Source of the DNA: Prevotella sp.
GTDB lineage: Bacteria > Bacteroidota > Bacteroidia > Bacteroidales > Bacteroidaceae
DNA length: 64,000 nucleotides
Assembly (NCBI GenBank): GCA_050946435.1
Contig: JBMNUU010000008.1
Location: forward strand, 13,213-77,212
Direction: 5' to 3'
Shown: piece after piece, positions 56,271 through 64,000 of the stretch
Layout of the letters: the number at the start of each line of letters is the position of its first letter
Position numbering within the stretch: the stretch's first letter is position 1
Translations under genes and position numbers: made by a program
Notes under the pieces: generated by a model
The model's input: the letters and a program-made list of their open reading frames with translations, nothing else
What the model was told of the DNA's origin: nothing
The model's database searches: none

Positions 56271-58269
56271 TTACCCAAATATCTTTCTTCTACATCAAAC
56301 CGCAACCTACGTTTGTAGGGGATTTAAATTTATCAGTTGTTTAATATCTTTCTTCTACATCAAACCGCAACCCTTGAACGGTACGGGCATATTCGACTTG
56401 TGTTGTTTAATATCTTTCTTCTACATCAAACCGCAACCCCTGCCCGTCTACCGGTTCTGTGTATAGGTTGTTTAATATCTTTCTTCTACATCAAACCGCA
56501 ACTCCTCCAGAGTAGGGGATGCCGGCTCTGTGTTGTTTAATATCTTTCTTCTACATCAAACCGCAACCACAAAGACGAATGGGATGCGAAGAAGCAAGTT
56601 GTTTAATATCTTTCTTCTACATCAAACCGCAACTTTTCATTATCCCATTGAAATTTAATTATGGTTGTTTAATATCTTTCTTCTACATCAAACCGCAACT
56701 TTGTAGCAAATATAATAAATAAATGTGAGTTGTTTAATATCTTTCTTCTACATCAAACCGCAACTATTATATCCAACTAATATACAACCTTCTGTTGTTT
56801 AATATCTTTCTTCTACATCAAACCGCAACTTTGGTAAGCTCGACCGTGTGATTTACCACTGTTGTTTAATATCTTTCTTCTACATCAAACCGCAACGTAC
56901 TGCGACACCCTATTACTCGTCCGTTGTTGTTTAATATCTTTCTTCTACATCAAACCGCAACACTTTTTTCTTTGGCCTTAACAGCTCTCTCGTTGTTTAA
57001 TATCTTTCTTCTACATCAAACCGCAACTTTCTCCAGTCATTGACCGTATAGATTCCGTTGTTTAATATCTTTCTTCTACATCAAACCGCAACCTGAAAAA
57101 AATGGACAATTCCAACCTTATAGTTGTTTAATATCTTTCTTCTACATCAAACCGCAACCAGGTTCCTTCCCTCCCACGTGTTCTTCTGTTGTTTAATATC
57201 TTTCTTCTACATCAAACCGCAACGGTTACATCAATCATTATCTAACTCTTTCTGTTGTTTAATATCTTTCTTCTACATCAAACCGCAACTATACACAACT
57301 TCTACATTGAATCCGTCTGTTGTTTAATATCTTTCTTCTACATCAAACCGCAACTTAGTTGGTTTTTGTAATAATTCACAACATGTTGTTTAATATCTTT
57401 CTTCTACATCAAACCGCAACCAGAAGCACTTCTCCCAATACGTCTCGGGGTTGTTTAATATCTTTCTTCTACATCAAACCGCAACTAGAGATAGACACGG
57501 ACGACAATTTAATAGTTGTTTAATATCTTTCTTCTACATCAAACCGCAACTACCTCCATGAGTTGTATGGAGTAGTAATGTTGTTTAATATCTTTCTTCT
57601 ACATCAAACCGCAACTCAAAGTCGGCAATTATTTTTTCAAAATTCGTTGTTTAATATCTTTCTTCTACATCAAACCGCAACCTGTCTCTTGCTGGTCTCT
57701 CACGTCATCAGTTGTTTAATATCTTTCTTCTACATCAAACCGCAACTGTTACCAGTGTGTAAACAGCCTGCTCTGGTTGTTTAATATCTTTCTTCTACAT
57801 CAAACCGCAACCTTTCGGCGTTGTTCACGACATTCACCACGTTGTTTAATATCTTTCTTCTACATCAAACCGCAACTACTAACCTAATTGGAATAGAAAA
57901 GGCATAGTTGTTTAATATCTTTCTTCTACATCAAACCGCAACCTCGGGGTCATACTTGGTATCCTCCATTCGTTGTTTAATATCTTTCTTCTACATCAAA
58001 CCGCAACAATACTCGCTACACTAATGCAGCTACAGAGTTGTTTAATATCTTTCTTCTACATCAAACCGCAACTCTTGTTAGCTCTGCTTCTAAAGAATCA
58101 GAGTTGTTTAATATCTTTCTTCTACATCAAACCGCAACATTCCGATGGTCTTTGATAGTCTTTCACGGTTGTTTAATATCTTTCTTCTACATCAAACCGC
58201 AACCTATCGAAGAACTCGATCCAATCGCCCTTCGTTGTTTAATATCTTTCTTCTACATCAAACCGCAAC
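56271..58269 (-). CRISPR. CRISPR array: 31 repeats of 36 bp (30 apparently identical + 1 degenerate terminal), 30 unique spacers of 29-31 bp
   Basis: The plus-strand repeat is GTTGTTTAATATCTTTCTTCTACATCAAACCGCAAC. The crRNA-sense (minus) repeat is GTTGCGGTTTGATGTAGAAGAAAGATATTAAACAAC. Repeat starts at 56336, 56402, 56467, 56532, 56598, 56664, 56729, 56794, 56861, 56926, 56992, 57057, 57123, 57188, 57254, 57319, 57385, 57450, 57515, 57580, 57646, 57711, 57776, 57841, 57907, 57972, 58037, 58103, 58168 and 58234. The degenerate copy at 56271-56306 (ttacccaaat...) differs at 6 of its first 7 plus-strand bases. Polarity is inferred from the tracrRNA anti-repeat, the leader position and the degenerate distal repeat. 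Confidence 0.97.
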
Positions 58270-58359
58270 GTATATCATTTAATTGACTGATTATCATTAT
58301 TTTAGTAATCTATATCATAGAAAAAATACTGCGAAATGATGATTCTGTTTACAAAATTA
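58270..58359 (-). promoter_or_regulatory. CRISPR leader (AT-rich, between the cas2 stop and the first repeat) with a TAnnTTTG-like -7 box
   Basis: 90-bp AT-rich spacer. The minus-strand TAATTTTG at 58352-58359 lies immediately after the cas2 stop (58360-58362). I found no clear TTTG -33 partner at the expected spacing, so the promoter call is tentative. The leader call itself rests on position. Confidence 0.55.
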
Positions 58360-58698
58360 CTAAAAAAATTCAAGTTGAACAGGCATGTGAGCTTTTTTCT
58401 CTTGCGAACCTCCCCAAATATTAATGATGTTAGAGTATTGCTTATCGGTAATGGTCAAGATACTGACATACCCACGGTCTGGCATTAACGATTTTATCCG
58501 TTTAATATGAACCTGTGAACTTTCCAAGGATCCGCAATATCTTGCATACACACTAAATTGATGCATCACAAAGCCATCTTTCTCTAAGTTCTTGCGGAAC
58601 ATAGCCGATATACGCTTGTCTTTCTTGGTAACAGTAGGCAAGTCAAACATTACAAACAGCCACATAATATGGTAAGAGTTTAATCGTTCGTAGCTCAA
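58360..58698 (-). CDS. cas2: CRISPR-associated endoribonuclease Cas2 (type II)
   Basis: IMWLFVMFDLPTVTKKDKRISAMFRKNLEKDGFVMHQFSVYARYC is the Cas2 ferredoxin-fold N-terminus. A probable TTG start at 58696-58698 overlaps the cas1 stop (CCTTGA), giving MSYERLNSYHIMW... The alternatives are ATG 58665 or the ORF-track start at 58743. Confidence 0.85.
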   Translation of the reverse strand: MSYERLNSYHIMWLFVMFDLPTVTKKDKRISAMFRKNLEKDGFVMHQFSVYARYCGSLESSQVHIKRIKSLMPDRGYVSILTITDKQYSNIINIWGGSQEKKAHMPVQLEFF

Positions 58699-59582
58699 GG
58701 CAAAGATGGTAAGTTTAATGTCTTCACTTCTTTTGAAATGCATTTTACTAAAGAGGCCGTTGTCATTGACAAAGCGACTTCAAGGGGTCTCTTTGCTTTA
58801 GGGAATTGGGTGTCACAATACAACACATTGATCAAGGATTGCTTGATACCTTTATTCAGTTGGAATTCCTGGTTGACGAATAATCGGTAAACGATTTCAT
58901 CAACGAATGGCCTATACGGCTCCATCAGATCGTCAGCCAAAGGAAAAGCATTGCTTCTATTATGATGAAATACTCCTATGCCAGGGAAAAGACCGGATGT
59001 TACTATTGCCCTGGCAGTGGCAGCCCGTAAAACAGTGTATCCGTAATTGAGCAAGGCATTCACGCCAGGGATGTTCCTGTCTCGAATAAAATCCCCGCCA
59101 AACAGCTCGTGAAAATACACTCTTGCAGCCAATCCCTCTCGGTTATCCGCATCGCCCGACTTGATATGATGGCTATAGGATTTGAGTTTGTCGCTCGACA
59201 TTCCAAGCTTACTCAGCAGCAGGGCCTGGTTCTTGATCTTCTTTTCAACAATCTGCTTCCATAAGTTTTTTTTCATTGGTTCTGTCATATCCATTTGGTT
59301 TTGCAGAATCTCACCCTGAAGATTATTTGAATCAAGATTGGTCAGCAGGCTGGTAGGCATTCCTTTCGAATTACATATCACTACAGTTACATTGTTGGCT
59401 GTAAGTTTGTTGAGTAGGGGTATGGTGACCGATACTTGCTGATTGTCAATCATGACGAAGCCAACGTCTTCAATCGGAACCGTCACTTTTTCAGTAGGCA
59501 TTTCCTTCACGGAAATGACCACCTGCTCATTCTTCAATGAAAGAACGGCAGGAGATGTAAATACAAGGCTTCGTTTTAACAT
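58695..59582 (-). CDS. cas1: CRISPR-associated endonuclease Cas1 (type II)
   Basis: 295 aa with ATG at 59580-59582, 3 nt after the cas9 stop. Cas1 motifs include NALLNYGYTVLRAATARAIV, GIGVFHHNRSNAFPLADDLMEPYRPFVD. Confidence 0.93.
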   Translation of the reverse strand: MLKRSLVFTSPAVLSLKNEQVVISVKEMPTEKVTVPIEDVGFVMIDNQQVSVTIPLLNKLTANNVTVVICNSKGMPTSLLTNLDSNNLQGEILQNQMDMTEPMKKNLWKQIVEKKIKNQALLLSKLGMSSDKLKSYSHHIKSGDADNREGLAARVYFHELFGGDFIRDRNIPGVNALLNYGYTVLRAATARAIVTSGLFPGIGVFHHNRSNAFPLADDLMEPYRPFVDEIVYRLFVNQEFQLNKGIKQSLINVLYCDTQFPKAKRPLEVALSMTTASLVKCISKEVKTLNLPSLP

Positions 59583-59585
59583 AAT

Positions 59586-62500
59586 CTATTTATTCAGAAG
59601 TTCTATTTCTCCTAAAACATTGATTCTAAAATCAACACCCTCTACTAAAGCGTTGAACTGGGTGTTCAAAAGCATTGCAGCCGGTCTGATAGGATCATTT
59701 TGTTTGAATGCTCCATTGATAGTCTTGATGTCCTTAGCCTGTCTGGCCTCCTGATGATAACGAAGATATATCCTACCGTAATTTTTGGAGGCCGTCGGCA
59801 GAATAGAAAGTCCTGTGACCTTATAGAGCCTCTTGGCAACATCCCTGCTATCATCGAAATTGATTTCAGAAGGGGTGTGCTCATAAAGGAGAACCATCGT
59901 TCCTATCTTCAAGATTGATTTTAGCGCGAACCCGTCTTTATTCTTTCGAGGCACAATTGTAGGGAACGCTTCCCTGTCATTGCTTTTCTTGAAATAGGCT
60001 GCGGCATCGAGCATGTTGACAAATTCGAAGTCTCTTTTAATCCTTCCTCTGACCTCTCCCTCATAGAGGGCCATACAATAGTTTTTATCATTGGTCACAT
60101 GGAACTGTTGTTTGTAGCTTTTGCGTGACAAATCACGCATCCGACGAATATGCAAAGGTCTCTTTACTGTAGGTGCGAAGCACCGAACCTTCTTGATAAG
60201 GATTCCTTTTTCCTTATTCATGTATATTGGTTCTTTGATAGCCTGCTTGAAGTCTTTTCCCTGAACAGCTTCCATGATGATATTCCTTACGGTATCATCG
60301 ACGATAGCATTGAAGTCGCTCTCTTTCTCGAAAGAATCAATCGGACGGCGTACCACATATTTAATCTCGCCATCTCTTTCAATTGCACCGTAATAGGTGT
60401 CGTTGTGCAGGCTTCCTCTTGCCGAATCACCTTTGGCAAGGAACTTGCCTCTCGTAGTCCGTACATATTTTTTCGACTTCTTGGGCATGTTGTCCTTTGT
60501 GGAATGAACGACGAGAAGTTCTTTCTCCAAATTCAGCACATCCTGAGTAAATGTAGGCCATGGCTTCTTGAACTGTGGCTTGCGGCCTCGGCCATCATCG
60601 AAAAGTTCCTCATCATGATAGTACTTTGCCATCTCGTCGTATTCATGCTTGCCAATGCAGGCGATAGTGATAGCGTCAATGCAATGATGGACATGGTTGT
60701 CGCGCGACTTCTTTTCGTAGGCTTCCTGTAAGCCCCACATTTTGCGAAACTCCGCAGTGGTGGTACCCTTGACGGAAAACACATGGCTCTTGTGCCTATC
60801 TTTGGGGTCATGGAATAGTGATTTCAGATACAAGGCCGCATACTTAGAAACAAGGCCAATACCACCTCCCTGACGACGGCTGAAACCTTCGGGTACCTCA
60901 GTCATGGTAAACCGCTCGTATTTGCCTTTCCAGTAATCGCGTTTCATCCGAAGCAAATGCCGCTTCTCTATGATGCGATCTTTCATGTCCTTAGCCATTC
61001 CGGAGTGTGTTCGGCATTTGTCAGCATCTTTTGACAAAGCAATGGATTTCTTTTTCCAAGGCTCTATCCTGAGCAATATGTCCTCATGATTGGCAAGCTG
61101 CGAGGGAAGCAGAGCCTTCTTGACCTCCCTGTTAAACTTACTCTCGCAGAGCGTGAGATTCATCTCTGTACTGTCGCCACCGACACTGCGCGGCACGGTA
61201 TGCTCGATGTCGTATTTAGGATTGGGTCCAATAAAATCGGCAATGCCGATCTGCTTCCCGGTATAAAGGCACTTGTGTTCCTGCTCGTTCCAGAGGCGAA
61301 ACTTCAATATTTCTTCATTTGTGGGTTCAATGTCCTTGCCTGTTTCCTTTTTATACAACGTTCTGATGTCATTAGCATATTTTTTGTTTTCCTTTTCACG
61401 TTCACGATTGTAATCAGCAATCGCCTTGCGCTTGTTGGCATCGTTGAGCTCCCGGGCGTATTCAACGTGTACCTCTGTGTTTTGGTCTATCACTTTTTCC
61501 TTCAACAATGCGTTGATGACCTTCCTCATCTCATGCAAGGAACGCATGGCCATGGGATTGCGAATGGCGTTGGTCATGGGTGAGCCCAATTGGTAGACTC
61601 CATTTTTCATTTTTGCATCCTGATAGGTTTCTATCATGGAGGGATGATAGAGCTTGTCGGCGTCACCCGGCCTCAGGTCGAAATTATCATTGAGAAAACC
61701 TTTGATGCAGTGGTCCCTCGTCGTCTGGTCTTTATCATCTAAATAGACGATTACATTCTTCAGGATAAACTCCCTTTTTTCCTCATCGTCCCACACATAG
61801 CTGCCAACAATGGTAGGGATATTGGCAAATTCCACTGCATGAGAATAGATCATGCCCATACGAAGGAAAGGCAGTATCTTTCGGATAGCCTTGAGACTCA
61901 GGGCGGCAAAACTATGGGTGAGCTTGATCTTAGAGAACTTATCGGCGGTCTCCTCATCAAGTTGCAGATTGGCAATACTCCAGTCTTTCAACTTATCATT
62001 TGAGGAGAAAGAATACAGCACATTCCATACGTCATTCACCATCTCGTCAATAGACTTCACGCCATTCTTCTTTTCGGCCCGTTTGTAAGTTTCCGCCAAA
62101 GATTGTTTCCATTCTCCACCGAAGATATGTATGAGCTGTGCGGTCGTTGGACATCCGGGAACACCCTGTGTCATTCTGTAGTTAAACTTGTAGGCCCTGT
62201 CGCCCACATCCTTTATCCATTGATAATTATTCCTTCCCGCAAGGCACTTGGCAATATCCTCAAAATCAAAATTTGGCTTGGATACCCTGTAGAAGAGATG
62301 GGATATCTTCTCTTTTTCCTCACTGTTGAGGTTACGCAATTCAGTGTCGTATGGGGATTGAATCTTGATATTATTGACAAATGCCAACATACGAAATTCC
62401 TCATAGTCTGGATGTGAATCGGCACAACGAGGCTTTCGTGGCTCAAAAGTACATTTCCCCACACCATGGCGCTGCGACTTCAAGGGGCGTTGGAAATAAA

Positions 62501-63242
62501 GTGCTTTGGCCAGTTCCTCCTTCAAGTCCTCAGGGAGCTGTTGCCTTTCACAAATGGCATAAAACTCTTTCTTATAGTGCTGCTCACGGTCAGTGTAGCG
62601 GCTGCGGATACGCTCATGGTTAGAGGGGTCACTATAAATCTTGTAGAAATAGTCGCCGAGATATTCGCATCCGCAAGATTCCATTTCCTTGCTTAGTTCC
62701 GTTATGCCGGTTTTAACAGCGCCGTCATCACTCTGATCCGAACTGGTATCCAAACGATTGCTGAGGAAACCCCTTCGCTGAGCAAGATGGTATAGAGCAC
62801 GCCCAAGGATATATCGTTCCTCCACATCATTCAAATCTAACTTCTCATGTAGGCACAAATGGCGGTAATAGTAAGGATTTTTCTCCTCATTGTCATTGGT
62901 GCGCTGCCAGAGCATAAATTCGTCTGAGGTGGGATATATTTTGTGGACATGCCATTCATGCAACTGCTCGTCACTGAGAAAGGGACAAAGGTTATTTTTT
63001 ACAAGCACTCTGAGAACATTGATTTTTCTTAACCTACGTCTAAAATATTGTTTACGCAATGATCTGTGCGAGGTGCGGTCGGCAGCCTTTGAAGATTCTA
63101 TGCCTTTTTCCACCTTCACGCCTTCTTGAAAAATGAGGTCGCCCCATCTTTTCAGTTCATAGTTGTTGTCCTCATCCCGGTCTACAACAGCCCATCCTAA
63201 ACTATTGGTACCCGTATCAAGTCCTAAAATTCTTTTTCCCAT
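59586..63242 (-). CDS. cas9: CRISPR-associated endonuclease Cas9, type II-C-like, 1218 aa
   Basis: RuvC-I ILGLDTGTNSLGWAVVD; Arg-rich bridge helix RKQYFRRRLRKINVLRVL; HNH YDIEHTVPRSVGGDSTEMNLTLCESKFNREVK; RuvC-III NHVHHCIDAITIACI. ATG at 63240-63242 (MGKRILGLD); the ORF track opens 9 nt earlier on a non-ATG codon. The operon has no csn2 or cas4. Confidence 0.95.
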   Translation of the reverse strand: MGKRILGLDTGTNSLGWAVVDRDEDNNYELKRWGDLIFQEGVKVEKGIESSKAADRTSHRSLRKQYFRRRLRKINVLRVLVKNNLCPFLSDEQLHEWHVHKIYPTSDEFMLWQRTNDNEEKNPYYYRHLCLHEKLDLNDVEERYILGRALYHLAQRRGFLSNRLDTSSDQSDDGAVKTGITELSKEMESCGCEYLGDYFYKIYSDPSNHERIRSRYTDREQHYKKEFYAICERQQLPEDLKEELAKALYFQRPLKSQRHGVGKCTFEPRKPRCADSHPDYEEFRMLAFVNNIKIQSPYDTELRNLNSEEKEKISHLFYRVSKPNFDFEDIAKCLAGRNNYQWIKDVGDRAYKFNYRMTQGVPGCPTTAQLIHIFGGEWKQSLAETYKRAEKKNGVKSIDEMVNDVWNVLYSFSSNDKLKDWSIANLQLDEETADKFSKIKLTHSFAALSLKAIRKILPFLRMGMIYSHAVEFANIPTIVGSYVWDDEEKREFILKNVIVYLDDKDQTTRDHCIKGFLNDNFDLRPGDADKLYHPSMIETYQDAKMKNGVYQLGSPMTNAIRNPMAMRSLHEMRKVINALLKEKVIDQNTEVHVEYARELNDANKRKAIADYNREREKENKKYANDIRTLYKKETGKDIEPTNEEILKFRLWNEQEHKCLYTGKQIGIADFIGPNPKYDIEHTVPRSVGGDSTEMNLTLCESKFNREVKKALLPSQLANHEDILLRIEPWKKKSIALSKDADKCRTHSGMAKDMKDRIIEKRHLLRMKRDYWKGKYERFTMTEVPEGFSRRQGGGIGLVSKYAALYLKSLFHDPKDRHKSHVFSVKGTTTAEFRKMWGLQEAYEKKSRDNHVHHCIDAITIACIGKHEYDEMAKYYHDEELFDDGRGRKPQFKKPWPTFTQDVLNLEKELLVVHSTKDNMPKKSKKYVRTTRGKFLAKGDSARGSLHNDTYYGAIERDGEIKYVVRRPIDSFEKESDFNAIVDDTVRNIIMEAVQGKDFKQAIKEPIYMNKEKGILIKKVRCFAPTVKRPLHIRRMRDLSRKSYKQQFHVTNDKNYCMALYEGEVRGRIKRDFEFVNMLDAAAYFKKSNDREAFPTIVPRKNKDGFALKSILKIGTMVLLYEHTPSEINFDDSRDVAKRLYKVTGLSILPTASKNYGRIYLRYHQEARQAKDIKTINGAFKQNDPIRPAAMLLNTQFNALVEGVDFRINVLGEIELLNK

Positions 63243-63284
63243 AACCAGCAAATTATTAATATTTTTGTAAATTTATGGAAAATG

Positions 63285-63316
63285 TTTGGAACTTGCAATA
63301 AAAAATCATATATTTG
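63285..63316 (+). promoter_or_regulatory. Bacteroidetes-type promoter for the predicted tracrRNA
   Basis: TTTG at 63285-63288 and TATATTTG (fits TAnnTTTG) at 63309-63316, separated by 20 nt. This places a start site around 63320-63324, just upstream of the anti-repeat. Confidence 0.6.
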
Positions 63317-63319
63317 CCA

Positions 63320-63405
63320 ACGTAAGAAATTCTACATCTTACCGCAATAAGGCTATATGCCGAAGGTCGAATGACCTATAACCCCTCTTCGGAGGGGTTT
63401 ATTAT
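63320..63405 (+). ncRNA. tracrRNA: Predicted tracrRNA (about 85 nt), divergent from cas9
   Basis: The anti-repeat 63330-63348 TTCTACATCTTACCGCAAT pairs with the first 19 nt of the minus-strand repeat: 8 bp including one G-U, a 2-nt U/U loop, then 9 bp. Next comes the nexus-like AAGGCTATATGCC (63349-63361), then the hairpin AGGTC-GAAT-GACCT (63364-63377). The terminator is AACCCCTC-TTCG-GAGGGGTT (63380-63399), followed by TATTATTGTTTGTTTT. The ends are approximate. Confidence 0.8.
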
Positions 63406-63631
63406 TGTTTGTTTTCTAAAGCGATTTTTGGCTCAGTAGGTATTTACCGGGGGAATATCGTACGTCCCTACGACTGTGGTACCCACACAACCACAAACGT
63501 GATTGAAAATATGGAGATGTGATGTAGGAAATAAAGTTCGTGCGTGTAAGCTCCTACTGCGCCCGGACACTTCTTGAATCCGATGAAGTGGTCTGCTCAT
63601 CCGGATTAGAATAAGCATCCTTTCTAAAAGG

Positions 63632-64000
63632 GTAAAATATAATTACCATTTTTTGAGCATTATTTTCGAGACATCCGGAGAAAAAAGGACTACCTTTTCG
63701 CGTCATCATCGGGTCGAGCGTTCCCAAAATGCGTAAGGTTGCCGCGGTTGGTATCCTCTCATCACATGGTTAGGCCTTATCGGCCATACGGGAAAGCCCT
63801 AACCGCAATTCGGTTGGGGCTTTCTCATCATGCCGTTAGATACTCAATCGGAGGCGGCAAAATAGGAGGGAAAAGGCCGTTTCCCAAAAAGCCCTAACTG
63901 TCAGCTATTTACAAAATATCGCATATTTTACGTATTTCAAACAAAGGCAAACTTGTTTTTTAATAAGCGAAAATCAGAGGGTTGTTTGTCAATATAATTG
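63632..64000 (-). repeat. Dispersed ~370-bp non-coding element (family D), copy 3, truncated by or ending at the window edge
   Basis: Its reverse complement aligns end to end with 11715-12083 at ~80% identity by eye (caattatattgacaaacaaccctc ... aaaaaatggtaattatattttac). Confidence 0.85.

Noticed and set aside
56271-58269. Repeat-internal promoters driving each crRNA, as in Neisseria type II-C arrays
   Set aside because: In crRNA sense the repeat contains TTTG and TATTAAAC. The latter does not fit TAnnTTTG, and the spacing (~14 nt) is shorter than the ~19-21 nt expected. The sequence does not support this; only 5'-end mapping could settle it.
56098-58286. Nine ORF-track entries encoding LISFFYIKPQ-type repeat peptides
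   Set aside because: They are translations of the 36-bp CRISPR repeats read through the spacers. The periodic repeat/spacer structure explains them completely.
59583-59585. A tracrRNA between cas9 and cas1, or downstream of the array, as in some type II loci
   Set aside because: The cas9-cas1 gap is 3 nt and cas1/cas2 overlap, so there is no room. I found no repeat-complementary segment between TolC and the array. The anti-repeat upstream of cas9 is the only match.
63433-63618. 61-aa minus-strand ORF next to cas9/tracrRNA as a candidate anti-CRISPR or accessory gene
   Set aside because: It has no plausible start context and overlaps degenerate palindromic-box repeat sequence (gtacgtccctacgac). 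The composition looks non-coding, and there is no supporting motif.
1-64000. tRNA, rRNA, prophage, integrase, toxin-antitoxin or restriction-modification genes
   Set aside because: I scanned the intergenic regions and the ORF track and found no cloverleaf-like conserved tRNA arms, no rRNA-like sequence and no ORFs with the corresponding motifs. A tRNAscan or Infernal run would be needed to exclude small RNAs formally.

Overview
Chromosomal window that looks like Bacteroidota, probably Prevotella/Segatella-like. This is inferred from SusC/SusD loci, lipoprotein signals and TTTG / TAnnTTTG promoter motifs. I support about 36 protein genes and saw no rRNA or tRNA. All family names come from motif recognition and memory; no database search was run.

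Gene layout, left to right:
- Housekeeping genes: rpoZ, bamD, uvrB, menA, an HD hydrolase and a GH2 enzyme.
- PUL 1 on the minus strand (12.4-24.7 kb): fucI, a lipoprotein, SusC, SusD, a Big_2/SGNH-like protein and a GH172/DUF2961 protein.
- A PafA-like phosphatase, then PUL 2 (27.4-34.2 kb): SusC, SusD and a beta-helix lipoprotein.
- A ClC channel and tsaC.
- An ECF sigma factor with an anti-sigma-like beta-barrel partner.
- A repeat-domain lipoprotein and a very GC-rich OmpA-like gene.
- A TPR-type hybrid kinase/receiver/AraC regulator.
- An AraC regulator divergent from an RND efflux operon (MFP, pump, TolC).
- An intact, AT-rich type II-C-like CRISPR-Cas9 locus at 56.3-63.4 kb. It has 31 x 36-bp repeats, 30 unique spacers, cas2, cas1 and a 1218-aa cas9. 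I also predict a divergent tracrRNA with its own promoter.

The second notable signal is in the intergenic DNA. Almost every long gap is built from a few structured repeat families:
- tandem AATTCAN heptamers joined to a GGCTGCGCGATGG-type box;
- tandem 9-mers (GTCNGACNN);
- a palindromic ACGCACGGGCCGTGCGTCCCTACAAT box;
- a roughly 370-bp dispersed element containing GGCTTAACCGC submotifs.

The heptamer modules abut or overlap the stop codons of five genes. Inverted copies bracket two regulatory loci.

Nothing here can be shown to be previously undescribed without database searches. The best candidates for follow-up are the Cas9/tracrRNA pair, the composite repeat system, the GH172 + fucI PUL and the repeat-domain lipoprotein/OmpA pair.
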